A stretch of DNA of 64,000 nt. Origin: Tubiluchus corallicola (taxonomy: Eukaryota > Animalia > Priapulida). The first letter of the stretch is position 1. Each line of letters begins with the position of its first letter. Under the pieces are notes generated by a model, which saw only the letters and a list, made by a program, of their open reading frames with translations, was not told the DNA's origin and did no database searches. The stretch covers positions 29,425 through 93,424 of the forward strand of contig JAQGDQ010000595.1 in assembly GCA_030141605.1 (NCBI GenBank), in the 5' to 3' direction. The translations under genes were made by a program, and so were the position numbers. Positions 1 to 12,358 of this stretch are shown here, piece by piece.

Positions 1-185
1 GTGAGGAAAAGCTGAAGAAAATTCCATTTAAAAAAGGATTACTTCACACACAGAAAAGCACTTGCTTGTACACAAGGTGGATGCAAACGAGGGGGTTTGC
101 AATCTGTGGCTTGAATTTAAACAGCAATATAAGGGCATCTTCACATGTATAAAAAATCAGCAGTGGAATGTGGATTATATCTTTT

Positions 186-364
186 ATTTTAGAATTCTGC
201 CTGCCCAATGTCTACAATAGACATGACGGGCGGATGATGATGACGATGATACCTTTGCTGTGTTTACCTGTCTTGAGAGTAGATTTCTTTTTCTTTCATT
301 TTAGAATTCTGCCTGCCCAATGTCTACAATAGACGTGACGGGCGGATGATGATGATGATGATAC
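186..364 (+). repeat. Two tandem copies of a ~66-bp LINE-like 3' tail ending in (GAT)n
   Basis: TTAGAATTCTGCCTGCCCAATGTCTACAATAGAC.TGACGGGCGG(ATG)n at ~186-252 and ~298-364. Confidence 0.75.
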
Positions 365-464
365 GTTGCACACGATGATAACTGTACTATAGTTGCATAA
401 TTATTGGGTGTATTACACGTTTGGCACAGACTCTTGATGCATGTAGTTAGAGCGAGGAAATGAC

Positions 465-752
465 TAACTGGCATGGTGTGCACTTAGCCACTAAAGTTAA
501 GCAATGTTCAGCCTAGTCAGTAAATGTATAGGTGACCACCCGGAGACCTAGTTACTGGAAAGTTTCATCTACCATCCTGCCCTTGTTATTTGATCATAGC
601 TGAGGAACAATGCATGTGAATATGGCTAAGGCACATCTGCTTGTCCTTGATAATGAGGTAGGTTTCGGCCAGCCACAATATTACTTTTCCAGCATGCAAA
701 TGTAAATCACAATTCCTTCATGCCGAGGTCAAGACGAAAGCATGGAAGTTGT
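465..752 (+). mobile_element. Degenerate SINE-like element with 5S-related segment
   Basis: ~490-540 AAGTTAAGCAATGTTCAGCCTAGTCAGTAAATGTATAGGTGACC aligns to 5S A box-IE-C box; 3' stem-loop CTTCATGC..GCATGGAAG at ~716-748. Confidence 0.45.
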
Positions 753-816
753 ATTTGCATTTTATTAAATTTATCCCAAACTTCTTCTTTAACACATCCA
801 CATTTTCTGCTTGCAG

Positions 817-962
817 GAATAACCTGGAACAGGGATACGTTATTTGAATATCTGGAGAACCCGAAGCGGTTCATACCTGGAACAAAGATGGTGTTCGCAG
901 GACTGAAGAAAAAAACGGAACGGGCAGATTTGATTGCTTTTCTGGAGCAGTCTACTAAATAA
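817..962 (+). CDS. CYCS: Cytochrome c, terminal coding exon (earlier exons upstream of window)
   Basis: Acceptor ttctgcttgcag|G at 816/817; translates [48 protein letters not shown], the conserved cytochrome c C-terminal half with the PGTKM Met-ligand motif. Confidence 0.96.
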
Positions 963-1813
963 CGTAGTGAACTCTTAGGCTTTACTATTTTAACTCTTTC
1001 TTGTATCCTTCATCTAAAATTCAACTTGTTAAAAATTACTATGGTCTTGATAATATGCCAATTTTCCATTTAATTGAAAGCAAGGAATTCATGCAGTGTA
1101 TCAGGGATAATAATTTTTTACCTGCCTGTTTTTTGACTTTTTGCTGAGACGGTCTTGTGGAATAGAACTGTGGAAAAATACCATAGCATAGATATTAAGA
1201 CAGAAGTCCTATAGTTAGCAAGACTATCAATCACTCATATTAATATTGCTAGGGTTACCGTATCACAGCAACGCACATCATAACATTGCTAAACAACACC
1301 AGAGAATGCTGAATAGCGAATACTATATTCTCCGACAAAGCTTGTAGAAAACCATGAACAATTTTCCTTCGGGTGTTAGAAATGGTATTTTGTTAATGTT
1401 TGACAAAGGTTGGAATTTGATTATGGTTGCTAGTTGCTTATTAGGAAATGCTAGTTGTTTTGTTTAGTTGTATAAATTTAGTTTGCTTGTACATTTTGTC
1501 AACGTACAACTTAAAGCAGTGTGTGATACTTATTTTAACTATTGCAATGTGTGTAGTCCATAGGCTGTTAGCTAACTGTTGCTCTATATAACTAGCAGTG
1601 CAGTGATGCTAAGCACATAGCACAGATATTTAAGAAAAGTTATGGGGTGGCGTACACGAATGCTCTCGTGCCGTGCTTTAGCCTTTTCAAAATCATTGCT
1701 AATTGCTCATAACCAAACTCTGATGTCAATTAGGAAAGAAACCTCAACTGCCCATGCTAGTGATGTTTTAGTCATAATAATAATTAAAATCAGATACACA
1801 GATGATCAATCTA

Positions 1814-2198
1814 CAGGGGCGGATTAACCAATAGGCTAACTAGGCTAAAAACCTAGGGCGCTAAAGTTTGGGGGCATCACATTTTAGAAAATATTCTATC
1901 CTCCTCGGAATATGTGTATACTTTTTATAACACACTACAGGCAGTTACTGAGCCCAGCTTTTATATAAGTGCCACATAACGAACAGGTGCAAGTATTACG
2001 CAACAACCAGTTGCACTAGCTGCTTGAATATAAGTGCTGTGCAAATACATGTAGTTAATAACGACCACTTAGAAAATAGGTCATTATTAATACACCACAA
2101 GTAATTATTTAATCTGCTCATTGCATAAACAATAGCAATAGTGGTGGGCGGGACAGAACTATTAGCCTACAGCGTCAAAAAATCTTGATGTGCCCATG
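1814..2198. mobile_element. Old hAT-like MITE
   Basis: Degenerate TIR CAGGGGCGGATTAA / TTGATGTGCCCATG; 8-bp flanks TCAATCTA / TTAGTCTA. Confidence 0.55.
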
Positions 2199-2929
2199 TT
2201 AGTCTATTTCGGAAAAACTCTAATTTTTCTGCAGTTTTAAAGTAAAATTACACGGTTAGTATGAACGAAAGCGACAAGTGCTGTGCTGGTGCTGCACTCC
2301 AAATAAGTATTATTACAGTATAATGCACAATGCTAGCTTAGCTGGATAATTTTATTTATTTACTTGCTATTGCTGTGATACTGCTAGTTGGAGCAAAGCT
2401 CAAAAGATTTATCGCAATATTAAATGTCTAGTGTCGTTGGTCCGGTGATGACTGCATAGCATAGTATAGATTTTATACAAAATTATTTGTATAGATTTTA
2501 ATCTAATTTTCAGTATTACACACTGCATTGCATAGCTTACAAGCAAGACTATGTAAGGGTTGTTCATCTGGTGAAGATGATGGAATTAGTACAATGTAGT
2601 GAATCAGATGGATACCAAACTGACATTGTTGTTTTCCTTTCTTTTATTGCTTTATTTTAGCAAATTGTGTTGCCAGGTTCTTTTATTACATGCTTTTCTG
2701 TAGGTAGAATAAACACAAAATTGTCACATTATATTACAAAATGTGAATATTGGCAATTTTCTGGTATGTACAATATAAATATGATGTAGAGAATATAACA
2801 AACTACAAATGTACTTTATGCTATCTTGTATGCTATGCCAAAGTGTGCAGGTAAAAAAATGCACCACAGAAGCTGAGTTGAGGGTAAACTTGCTTGTTTA
2901 TTCAGAGTTAAAACAAAACAAAAAAACAA

Positions 2930-3255
2930 CAAATTAGCTTCTACATGATTTCACAAATCCGTTTTCCAAAAACAAAACTGTAAAAACTATTCAGCTTCTT
3001 TATGATTTCACGTGATAAATTGGCCAAAAAAACAAATGAAAAACATCTTCTTGATATCAAGAAATACTAACTGTCAAAAAGCAAAAATGAAAATCAATTG
3101 CCTTCTTGATTTCACAGACTGATTTTCCAAAAACAAAATAATTTTTTCCAAAAACAAAATAAAAAAATATCAGCTTTTCGATTTCAAAAAGAAATGATTT
3201 TCCAAAAAAATAAAGGAGAACAATGCAGCCTCTTAATTTCAAAAACTAATTTTTA
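2930..3255. repeat. Degenerate ~60-bp tandem repeat
   Basis: About 5-6 decayed units of CAGCTTC..GATTTCAC..TTTTCCAAAAACAAAA. Confidence 0.55.
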
Positions 3256-3491
3256 AAGAACGATACAATACAACAATTTGATTTGAATGATTTTCCAATG
3301 TTCTAAGTACGCAAAGCAACATTTGTATACTCAGATCAGAAATGAGCATGGTACATCAAGTACGAGTATTTGATGTCGCGAAAAGTTTGTGATGGGACTG
3401 TAGCATAAAATTCATTCAACAGACATAAACAATCAATAACCGTTTGCTACACTTTGCCATAGCAACATTCACTATCTTTTCACGATGTTCA

Positions 3492-3710
3492 TCAGTGTAA
3501 GTCTAGCTTTACTTTGATACTCATTGCAGCTAACTCTGCCACAAGATAACGAAAGACATGAGGTATGGAAATGAGTTCAATACCGTCACCGCGTTTGCAT
3601 GCGTGACACGTCCATTTTAGTTCACTTTCCATGATTCCCGACGAGATTTCATGGACGGATTCTTCAATCATGGTTGATAACAGACTTCCGCAGTGCTTAC
3701 ACACTTTTGC
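3492..3710 (-). CDS. POLR1B: POLR1B exon 21 (terminal)
   Basis: tttag|[39 protein letters not shown]. Confidence 0.95.
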   Translation of the reverse strand, partial: AKVCKHCGSLLSTMIEESVHEISSGIMESELKWTCHACKRGDGIELISIPHVFRYLVAELAAMSIKVKLDLH

Positions 3711-6700
3711 CTAAAAAAATGATGCAAAATGATTGCAAACTAACATCAAAAAATGATGCAAAATGATTGCAAACTATCAGTTTGCTTAACTGGCAGGGAA
3801 TAGTAAAAATTGCTAACTGAATGTGGATCACAATCACACAGTAAAAGCTGCGTGCAAACTACAGCTTCAGTAGACTGGTGCAAACAAAGTTTTTCCATTG
3901 AGTGCGAATGAAACTCTAGAACAGGGGTGTGCAAACTGCGGCCCGCGGGCAACTTGCGGCCCGCCGAGAGATTTGTCAACCTAATGAAAGTGCGGCCCAC
4001 GCGATCCAGCTGAAGTCTGCACCAATATCGCAAAGATAGTGCGGGTAGTTTTTTCCTGTAGATCGGATGGCATTAACCCTTACAAGATCGTTGTCACTTA
4101 ACGTCACTGTCGGACATGACGAAATATATGGTTTTTAAAATAAATTTTAATAACTTCTAAAATAATTTCTTGAGTGTAGTAGTGCAGTAGTAATGATGTG
4201 CGCGAATTGGATGCAAAAAAAATCGTTATTAGGTCCTACTGTACTTGGCTCCTTGACCAAACTGCATGTGTCTCACAGGAATTGCGGGAATGTTTAATGT
4301 GGCCTGGCTGGTCAGGTAAATTGCACACCCCTGGTATAGAATGTCGCTTGTTGCTGTTATTCATGTAAGATTGAGCATCGAATGAGTTTTTTTAGCTCAA
4401 ACTCAATTTGAACCTAAAATTAGAGATTCAAATAATTCAGCTCTTCCATTAACCGTTCTTTACCATTAAAACATTTGATAATGATGTGGTTTTTAGCATT
4501 CTTGACATTCATTTTAACTTAATAAACTCGTTTGGGCACTTGTTGTGGAGACCAGGAACTACTTATATCTTTAATTTTGAAAAAATAGGCTTTGTGGAAG
4601 TTGGAATTGTACATTGTAGTTAGGTGCTGCCATCTATGTGCTAATCTTGTTACATTCTACCAGCTAACTTGCCTTCAGTATAATTGTATGGTTCAGTGAC
4701 TACATACACACTGGTCCTCTCCCTATCTAAAATTAATGGTTGTTGTGAAGCCTGTGCAACTCTGCATAGGTCAAGTTCTATACCTGTATACTGACTGTGA
4801 AACAGGTTTTACTGACTGTTTTTTGCTTTCTAGTTTTTGCTCAATGTTCAGTGCAGCAGTTTTGCTACTCATGTTTTCTGTAGTTTAATAAACACTTTTC
4901 TGTTGTGTGCAGTACAAATATTTATTATAGATTTTTGGTTCCTATTCATACTTCTCTGTACCTAAACTCAATTGTAACAAAGTGACTGAACAACAACTTC
5001 AAAAATGACTTTCACAGGCTTATCTATCGCGTGAGCCTATAATGAGTGAACTAGCGAGGAAAAGAAAATGAACGGGAATAATTAGGATAGACATTTTTCA
5101 TTCAACAAAAAATCCTATAAATAATAAGAAAAGCTACCATGGTTTTATCAGAACATTCAAACAGTCTATCTTGAATCAAGAAGGAGCTGCCATGTGCAAG
5201 CAATGAATCTCTTTCCATTTCGCCAAATCTTACTCCTCCCGCCCTTTTCCTCCCTTTGATGGGCTGCTGAGTGAGTGCATCAACAGGACCTGTTGTCCGT
5301 ACCTACAGAGACAAAGATGTAAATGATTGAGTGAATTTTCCTTCATTTGGGTAAAACTGAAAGACATGTTAGACATTTGGAGCAATTAAACATTAGAATG
5401 AGGGTCTGACCTTAACATTAAATTAAGATTCTCCAGCCTTATCGTCTGCTATAAGTGAACAAGCAAGTAGTCACAGTGTGTGGTTGGTTATGAAAATTAA
5501 CCAATTCTCAAACTTAGTACATAAACGGGCGGATGCCGAAAAACAGTTTCTGGGAAATTTCATCCTGGAGGAAGGACGTATTCACACGCAAAGGCTAATA
5601 TCACTGCACCAATATGCGAGACATAAAAGAACTACTGTTACAGCAAAGAGACCCAGGGATGAGAATAACAAATTGCAAAAAACTCTGAAACAGGCCGGGG
5701 GTTTGGGGGCCGCGTAGGCCATAGAGAACCTCTAAGCGGACTTAAAATATCAGTTACCTTGTTTCATGCATAATTTAAAATACCCAACTATCAAGGATAC
5801 ATGATACCTAATTGTCTCAAAAACGCCCAAGTACTGGTCGCTCCTATGCAAAAGTATATAAAAACTGTCTGCAATTGACTCAAATAACTCAGCATAATTG
5901 ATTCTATATTTTTATACATAGAGATATACACTTGGTTACACTGATGTACCTGATGTAAACAAAGTGACGGCCTGTCAACTAGCGGTCAGCTTGTGAAATA
6001 ATGTACTGGGTCCGTAAAAATTTTCTCAACGAATTTACGCGATTTACAAAAATGGCACTACAGGACCTCCAAAAACTCGGAATTCCGCGTATCCGCGGAA
6101 AATTCTCATCCCTGGGCTAAAGCATCGATTACCAGACATGCGGAACGCATTATGTGTTATTGAGTATCCAGCTGTGTACAAAAAATCGATAGGAACAGCT
6201 GCAGAAAAAATAACGCAATAATGCAGGTCTGATAAATCGGTTCATTAAAAACAATATAAAGCAATTTTCACACAATAACTTATTCCTGGTGTGTAGTAAA
6301 TAAGACCTTTGTCAGTTCAGTTTTTTTTTTGTATGAATACATTTTATTAATCTCAGAATTAACAAGTACAGTTCAATTGTCAGTTCAGTTTCAGAGGATT
6401 AACCATGATTAACATTCAGCTGTAGTAGAATCTTCTGTCACTGAGTGATGAAATCTGACTTTCAGTGCAACAAACTGTACGATAAAATCATAAGGCACAT
6501 GAATCTAGGGTCTTGATGCTATGGGGAATTTAAACGTTTTAATTTGCTGATATACGCTCCTCAGAGAAGCCTGGTTTAAGCATTTGAGTGAAACACCTTT
6601 GTTGTACTTCAGAGTTGAGAAGCATATAATAGAAATTGTATGAAAACTAACATTCAACATTGCTTGACCACTTTCATGTTATGTTACAAGAACTGATTTA

Positions 6701-9700
6701 ATCCAATTAAAAGTGAACCATGTGTCACATATATTAATTCTACTGGTATGTTATATATAGATAAGATTCGAGGCTACAGCTCGGACGACGGCACCATTTG
6801 CGGCGATCTATACATCAAACGAAAGGTCTCGATCTAGTGTCATGCCATTGATGGTTTATTTTTCGAATCGGGAGCACCGGGAGGAAAGAGGGGGGCGAAA
6901 AACCTCCAAAAATGGCCCTTTTTCGGCCGTTTTTTGCAAAAGTTATACGCCTGAGATCTCCGGATCGGCGTTTTCCCGGACCCAACTCGCGATTTTTTCG
7001 AAATTTTGCTCAAACAGCCTGTAGAAAAACGTTATAGCGGCACCTGGTGGGACTCTCGGAAGGAGATATATAACTCTTTAGAAAGAGGAAGAACAGGGCT
7101 ACACGATGATGTGGGCCATGCTTTAAAACACGTCCACTAAGAGGAGTGACGACGAGTTAATTAGATGTTCCATTTTCGACAATTTTCGCTTAGAAAACTG
7201 CTGACGCAAAGCCATTGTTCTGCCGTCATCCATTATACTCTGCTTATAACTTTAATTCAGTAAAAACTGCTACTGGCTTTGCGTTAGGAAAATAAACGAA
7301 CACTAGGTAGGATGTTCGCGCATTGTTTATTATGAGTGGGTTTATACGCAAAATGTTTTTGTGGGGCCTTTGCTAGTCTGTTATTAATTGCATAACCAGT
7401 TCACGTTTGATTCTGGATGCGTCTGATATCACCAAGTGATCGACATAATAGCTGGTTTGCACAGAGTTTGTAATTTACAAATTTGTGATGAAACAGTCCA
7501 CATCATATCTTGAAACAACAAATAAATGAAAAAGTGAAGAAATACAAGCATGAATTCTCTAATACGTGCCAATATTTGCAATTTCACAGCAAATGCGCAA
7601 AATTTCAATACCTGGTACTTGTCAGCAACCATGTGCCGCAACCGTTGATAATAAACAAGACCGAAAAAGATGTCAACCTCCATCTCCCTGCCGTCTACTC
7701 CGCTGTACATTCGCTCCGTGCCGTAGTAATTGTAGCCGGCTCTGCAGAGGCTCTTACCAAAAAAGTCTGCAGAAATTAAAGTACTCGTGAAAGTCATTTT
7801 CGAAGTTGTTGTTCGGTCACTTTATTATGATTGAGTTTAGACACAGAGAAGTATGAATAGGAACCAAAAATCTATAATAAATATTTGCACTGCACACAAC
7901 AGAAAAGTGTTTATTGAACTACAGAAAACATGAGTAGCAAAACTGCTGCACTGAACATTGAGCAAAACTAGAAAGCAAAAAACAGCCAGCAAAACCTGTT
8001 TCACAGCCAGTATACAGGTATATAACTTGACCTATGCAGATTTGCACAGGCTTCACAACAACCATTAATTTTAGATAGGGAGAGGACCAGTGTGTATGTA
8101 GTCACTGGACCATACAATTATACTGAAGGTAAGTCTGCTGGTAGAATGTAACAAGATTAGCACATAGATGGCAGCACCTAACTACAATGTACAATTCCAA
8201 TTTCCACAGTACTCATCTAAGAACCCATCCAAGTACTAACCAGGCTCTACATTGCTTAACTTCGGTGATCAGACGAGAACCGGTGTTTTCAACGTGACAT
8301 GGCCGTAGACAAGTAAAGGGACATGTAAACATGAATTAACTCTATCAGATCGGGAGACGCTGATTTCATCAGACAGTTTGCAAGCATTTAGTGTGGACGC
8401 TCACACCACAGGGCACATAGAATATACTACCTTTGCTACCATGTTAATCCGCTACTCACCACTAGCAGAATTCTCCTCGGAGAATGTGAATGGAGTGCTA
8501 TCATGAATGATACCGTGCATTGCAGCTGATTTGCCAGCCATGGCTTCTATCATCATTCCTACGTGTAAAAAACTGTTTAATGGCTTCTCATCTAAAACTG
8601 ATCTTACTGATCAAAAATTTAATCCATATTGCACTATATGCAAGCTAGAATTCAATGCAGAAAGTCGTGTACCTGAACTGTTCCTAAAGGAGCCATGAGC
8701 AAGAATTTAATGCATAAGTCATAAGTCATTTATTTCACATTACACATTTACAATAGTTTCATGTACAATATCTAGTGAAAGGGCCTACAATGGATATAAT
8801 ACAAATAAGAAATACTGCACAGGAAAAGCCTCAAACACTGTTCACCTATACACGAAGGTAAATGTGTTGCGGGCAATCAAAAGCAGGGCTTGTTAGATTG
8901 TCCCACACAGTGAAAGAAAAAAAAAGTAATGGAGATAATCTGAAAATTTAAAGTGAATAGTGATAAAAAAACATTAGTGCTTAAAATGGAATGATGTAAT
9001 GAATGAAGCTCATATATAGGATGATATAAAAGATAGAAAGACTATTATTTGTTAATAGTATGTAAAATTAAAATAACTTGATTAAGCTAACACCACTGTT
9101 TTTCAACTACTGTGAGGATGGATACTGATAGAAATTTTGATTACTCATTGATACTTGCTTAAAATTTGATTTTTTAGCATTTTCTTAAATCTAGTAATAG
9201 ATCTGCTATTTTTTGCGGATTGACAAATCTCATTCCAGACTTTTGGTCCTTGATATATTATAAATTGTTTAGCTATGTTGGTTCTACAGAAAGGCACAGT
9301 GTATTGATTAAATCTTGTATTATGTCTCTTAGATGTCAAGTGTATCTATGCATGCCATAAGTGAGCCAGAATTCAACAACCTGAACATTCGCGATGTGTG
9401 TACGTGTAACAACAACAACTGATTTGAAGAAACCAAAACACTTGAAATTTAGCTTTAAGATTTTATTCTGAAGTGTCTACATAAACAGCGAAGTAGTGTC
9501 CTGTTGAAAAGCAGAAAACCAAGTGGCCAAAACTACAGGTGAAATCCTTTAGGTGTGAAAACAGGTTTAGAGATTATGCGTTCATAGAGACTGTAGAAGC
9601 CAATGAAAATTTAAACAGTAAAGAGAAAGATTTAACAATTTTAACAAGAACACCTGAAAGGGGCAGCGCTAAAAATGGTATGATGACAATACAACATAAA

Positions 9701-12262
9701 TTTAAATTTAGAGTAATTAAAATGATTTTCTTCTGTCCAACAACAGTGAAACAACATGGAAGTTACAATTCGACAAGAAACATCTCGGCACGGGCACTAG
9801 CCAATCAGAAATGAGAAAAAAATCTACTATCATGTGATAACTCACCCGATTCACGTTTAAATTAATAAAATGCAGATATATGGAAATTATTGTATGGAAA
9901 TTAAATTTTTAAAATGTTATAAAGAATGTGATTTGTTTATGTAATCTACATCCATAAACTGTAGAAATTTACTTACCTATGGTCATACGAGAGGGGAAAC
10001 CATGGGGGTTGAAGATAATATCAGGAACCATCCCGCTCTCGGTGAACGGCAGATCCTCTACAGGCCAGAATTTACTACAAATGCCTTTCTGTCCATGTCG
10101 ACTAGCAAATTTGTCTCCAATAATGGGATTCCTCTGAAAGGATAAAACAAGCTAACTGCGAAAATTGCCAGTATGTTAAAGCAGACGGTAGTTTCATTGT
10201 CTGTGACCTCCAAAATACTGTAAACTAAGATGCTGCTCATCGAATTACAATTCTGGGGCCGTAATTTTGGGGCTGGTTACAAATTTGTAAAATTACTTTA
10301 TAAGGTTCAATGAATATCATGTCCCTTACTGTCGTACTAATAGTGCCAGACATGTACAGATATGTGCAGTTGTGGATTCTGCAGATAAAGAAGAAAGTCA
10401 CATCTATCCATCTCTGCTAGAGATAACTCACATTTATTCGTAGTTGAATCACAACTTTTGTTAGTTCATCCTTCCCTGTATCGCTGCCAAGAATCTTAAT
10501 TTGCTCCACGTAAGCTGACTCCATGCCCTTAAACCTTTCAACTTTGATCAAACCAGTTTGTAGGTTCATGTAACTATAATATGGATCACCTTGTTGTAAG
10601 TAGGTGCCAATGGGTGGAAGGCCATCTGAATCTAAATTGTTCTGAAAAACAAAGTATAAATTACTGGGAGCATAGTTCACCTAGATGTACTTGTATCTCT
10701 TGTGGGCAATAGAACAACTTGCTCAAGTGTTCTCTATATATGGTTAGTAGAATGAATCTTGAGGAAAAACTAACCCAGCTATATAAACAAAATATTTTTA
10801 CAAGCCTTCTCAATTGTGTTCTTACTTAATGCATAACTAACTGTTCTTGTAATTGTATGGCTATAAAACTTATCTACGGCCATATCACGTTGAAAACACA
10901 GGTTCTCGTCTGATCACCGAAGTTAAGCAACGTAGAGCCTGGTTAGTACTTGGATGGGTGACCGCTTAGGAATACCAGGTGCTGTAGGCTTGCGAGATGT
11001 TCACACTGTGTCTCGACACTAGTCGGAGGAGTTGCACAAGCAGCCAACGGCTAGAGGGCGGAGGAGGTCAAGTGACCCAGCGGCCACGTGTAGAGGAGTA
11101 AACCTTCCAAATCAGGAGTGGAGCTCCGAAGGCGGACCAGTGCAGCATGTTCACTGACTCCGGCAGCTCCTGAAGCCAACCTGGTGCCAAACATATCGCT
11201 CTGCTTTCCTTTGGACTACACCAGGGAGGAAGAGAGGGGGTTCCTGTTGTCTGGGCAACTCAGGATCTCCATACACCTTGCCCAGGCGTGCGCCCCGGAG
11301 ACGTTCAAGGATCGCACTGCTCAGCCGCAGTCGACGCTGCAGCTCCATCAATGTGATTAATAACTGACTCTCTTAGCGCACACTCCATTGTCTTCCGAGA
11401 CAGAAGGATGCCATCAATAAAACTTATAAATGACGTATCTACTCTCTGAAAGGCTTTTATACAGGTTATACCTGTTAGCCAATCAGGGTTTGGTTAATTG
11501 TTCATTGTTTTCATTATAAATGTACCTATGATTGTACTATTTCTTATCAAAAAACATTGTTTAAACTAACAAAATGTTGTTCCAATTTAATATAATTAAC
11601 TTGATTAATCAGCTGAAAATATCGAAATTTCTTTTCAGATCATCTCAACTAAACCCCGACCAAAATGTTACATTCTTTCAAACTATCCAAGACTATATAA
11701 AATCTATGCACTGCTTTCCATCAATTGATTGTTTGTAGTATTACTAATTTAACATCAATATTTATTTAAAGGAAGACAGGATGATTTTTCATATACTACC
11801 CCATTTTCAAATACGGTAAAAATTATACATTTTAACACCAATCATATTGCAAAGCGTTTCTGGTAATAAAAAAATGATTAATATCTTAATTAATGGCGGG
11901 CGAGCCCAACTCGTGATGACATCACAAACTAATATAATTTTCAACATCAAAAACCTTTCATGAGCGTGCGTTGCATGTGTTTGTGAAAGCGAAAATTGAA
12001 GTACAATGCTACAGAAAGAGATTCAGTGTGTTGTACTAAAACTAGGCAAGCTTTGAGATAAAAATTTAAATTTCACATTTACCACTGTACTCATGCATGA
12101 GCTGTCGAACATGTGCAGTTCATCGAAAACTAGCACATCTGAATTGAGAGGTATAGCACTTGTTTTATATATATAAATATGTATATACATGAAGGTAGAT
12201 AAACAGAAAAGAAAGTAGTGAGAGAGAGAGACAGAGAGGGTAGAGGGGGAGAGTGAGAGAGG

Positions 12263-12358
<96 letters not shown>

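Noticed and set aside
1-6. GTGAGG at the window start as the cytochrome c intron donor
   Set aside because: Upstream exon not visible; cannot be tested.
715-750. Hammerhead ribozyme (..CGAGGTC AA GAC GAAA..)
   Set aside because: Lacks the CUGANGA core and a third stem; better explained as a retroposon tail hairpin.
720-816. N-terminal extension of cytochrome c in ORF 720-962
   Set aside because: Intronic read-through upstream of the acceptor at 816; no CxxCH heme motif.
3711-3777. ~35-bp duplication at the POLR1B last acceptor creating an alternative acceptor
   Set aside because: The second copy lacks the terminal AG.
10874-10991. Functional 5S rRNA gene linked to a Pol I subunit gene
   Set aside because: No oligo-T terminator, first bases replaced by the TSD, and embedded in a retroposed unit; location in POLR1B is probably coincidental.
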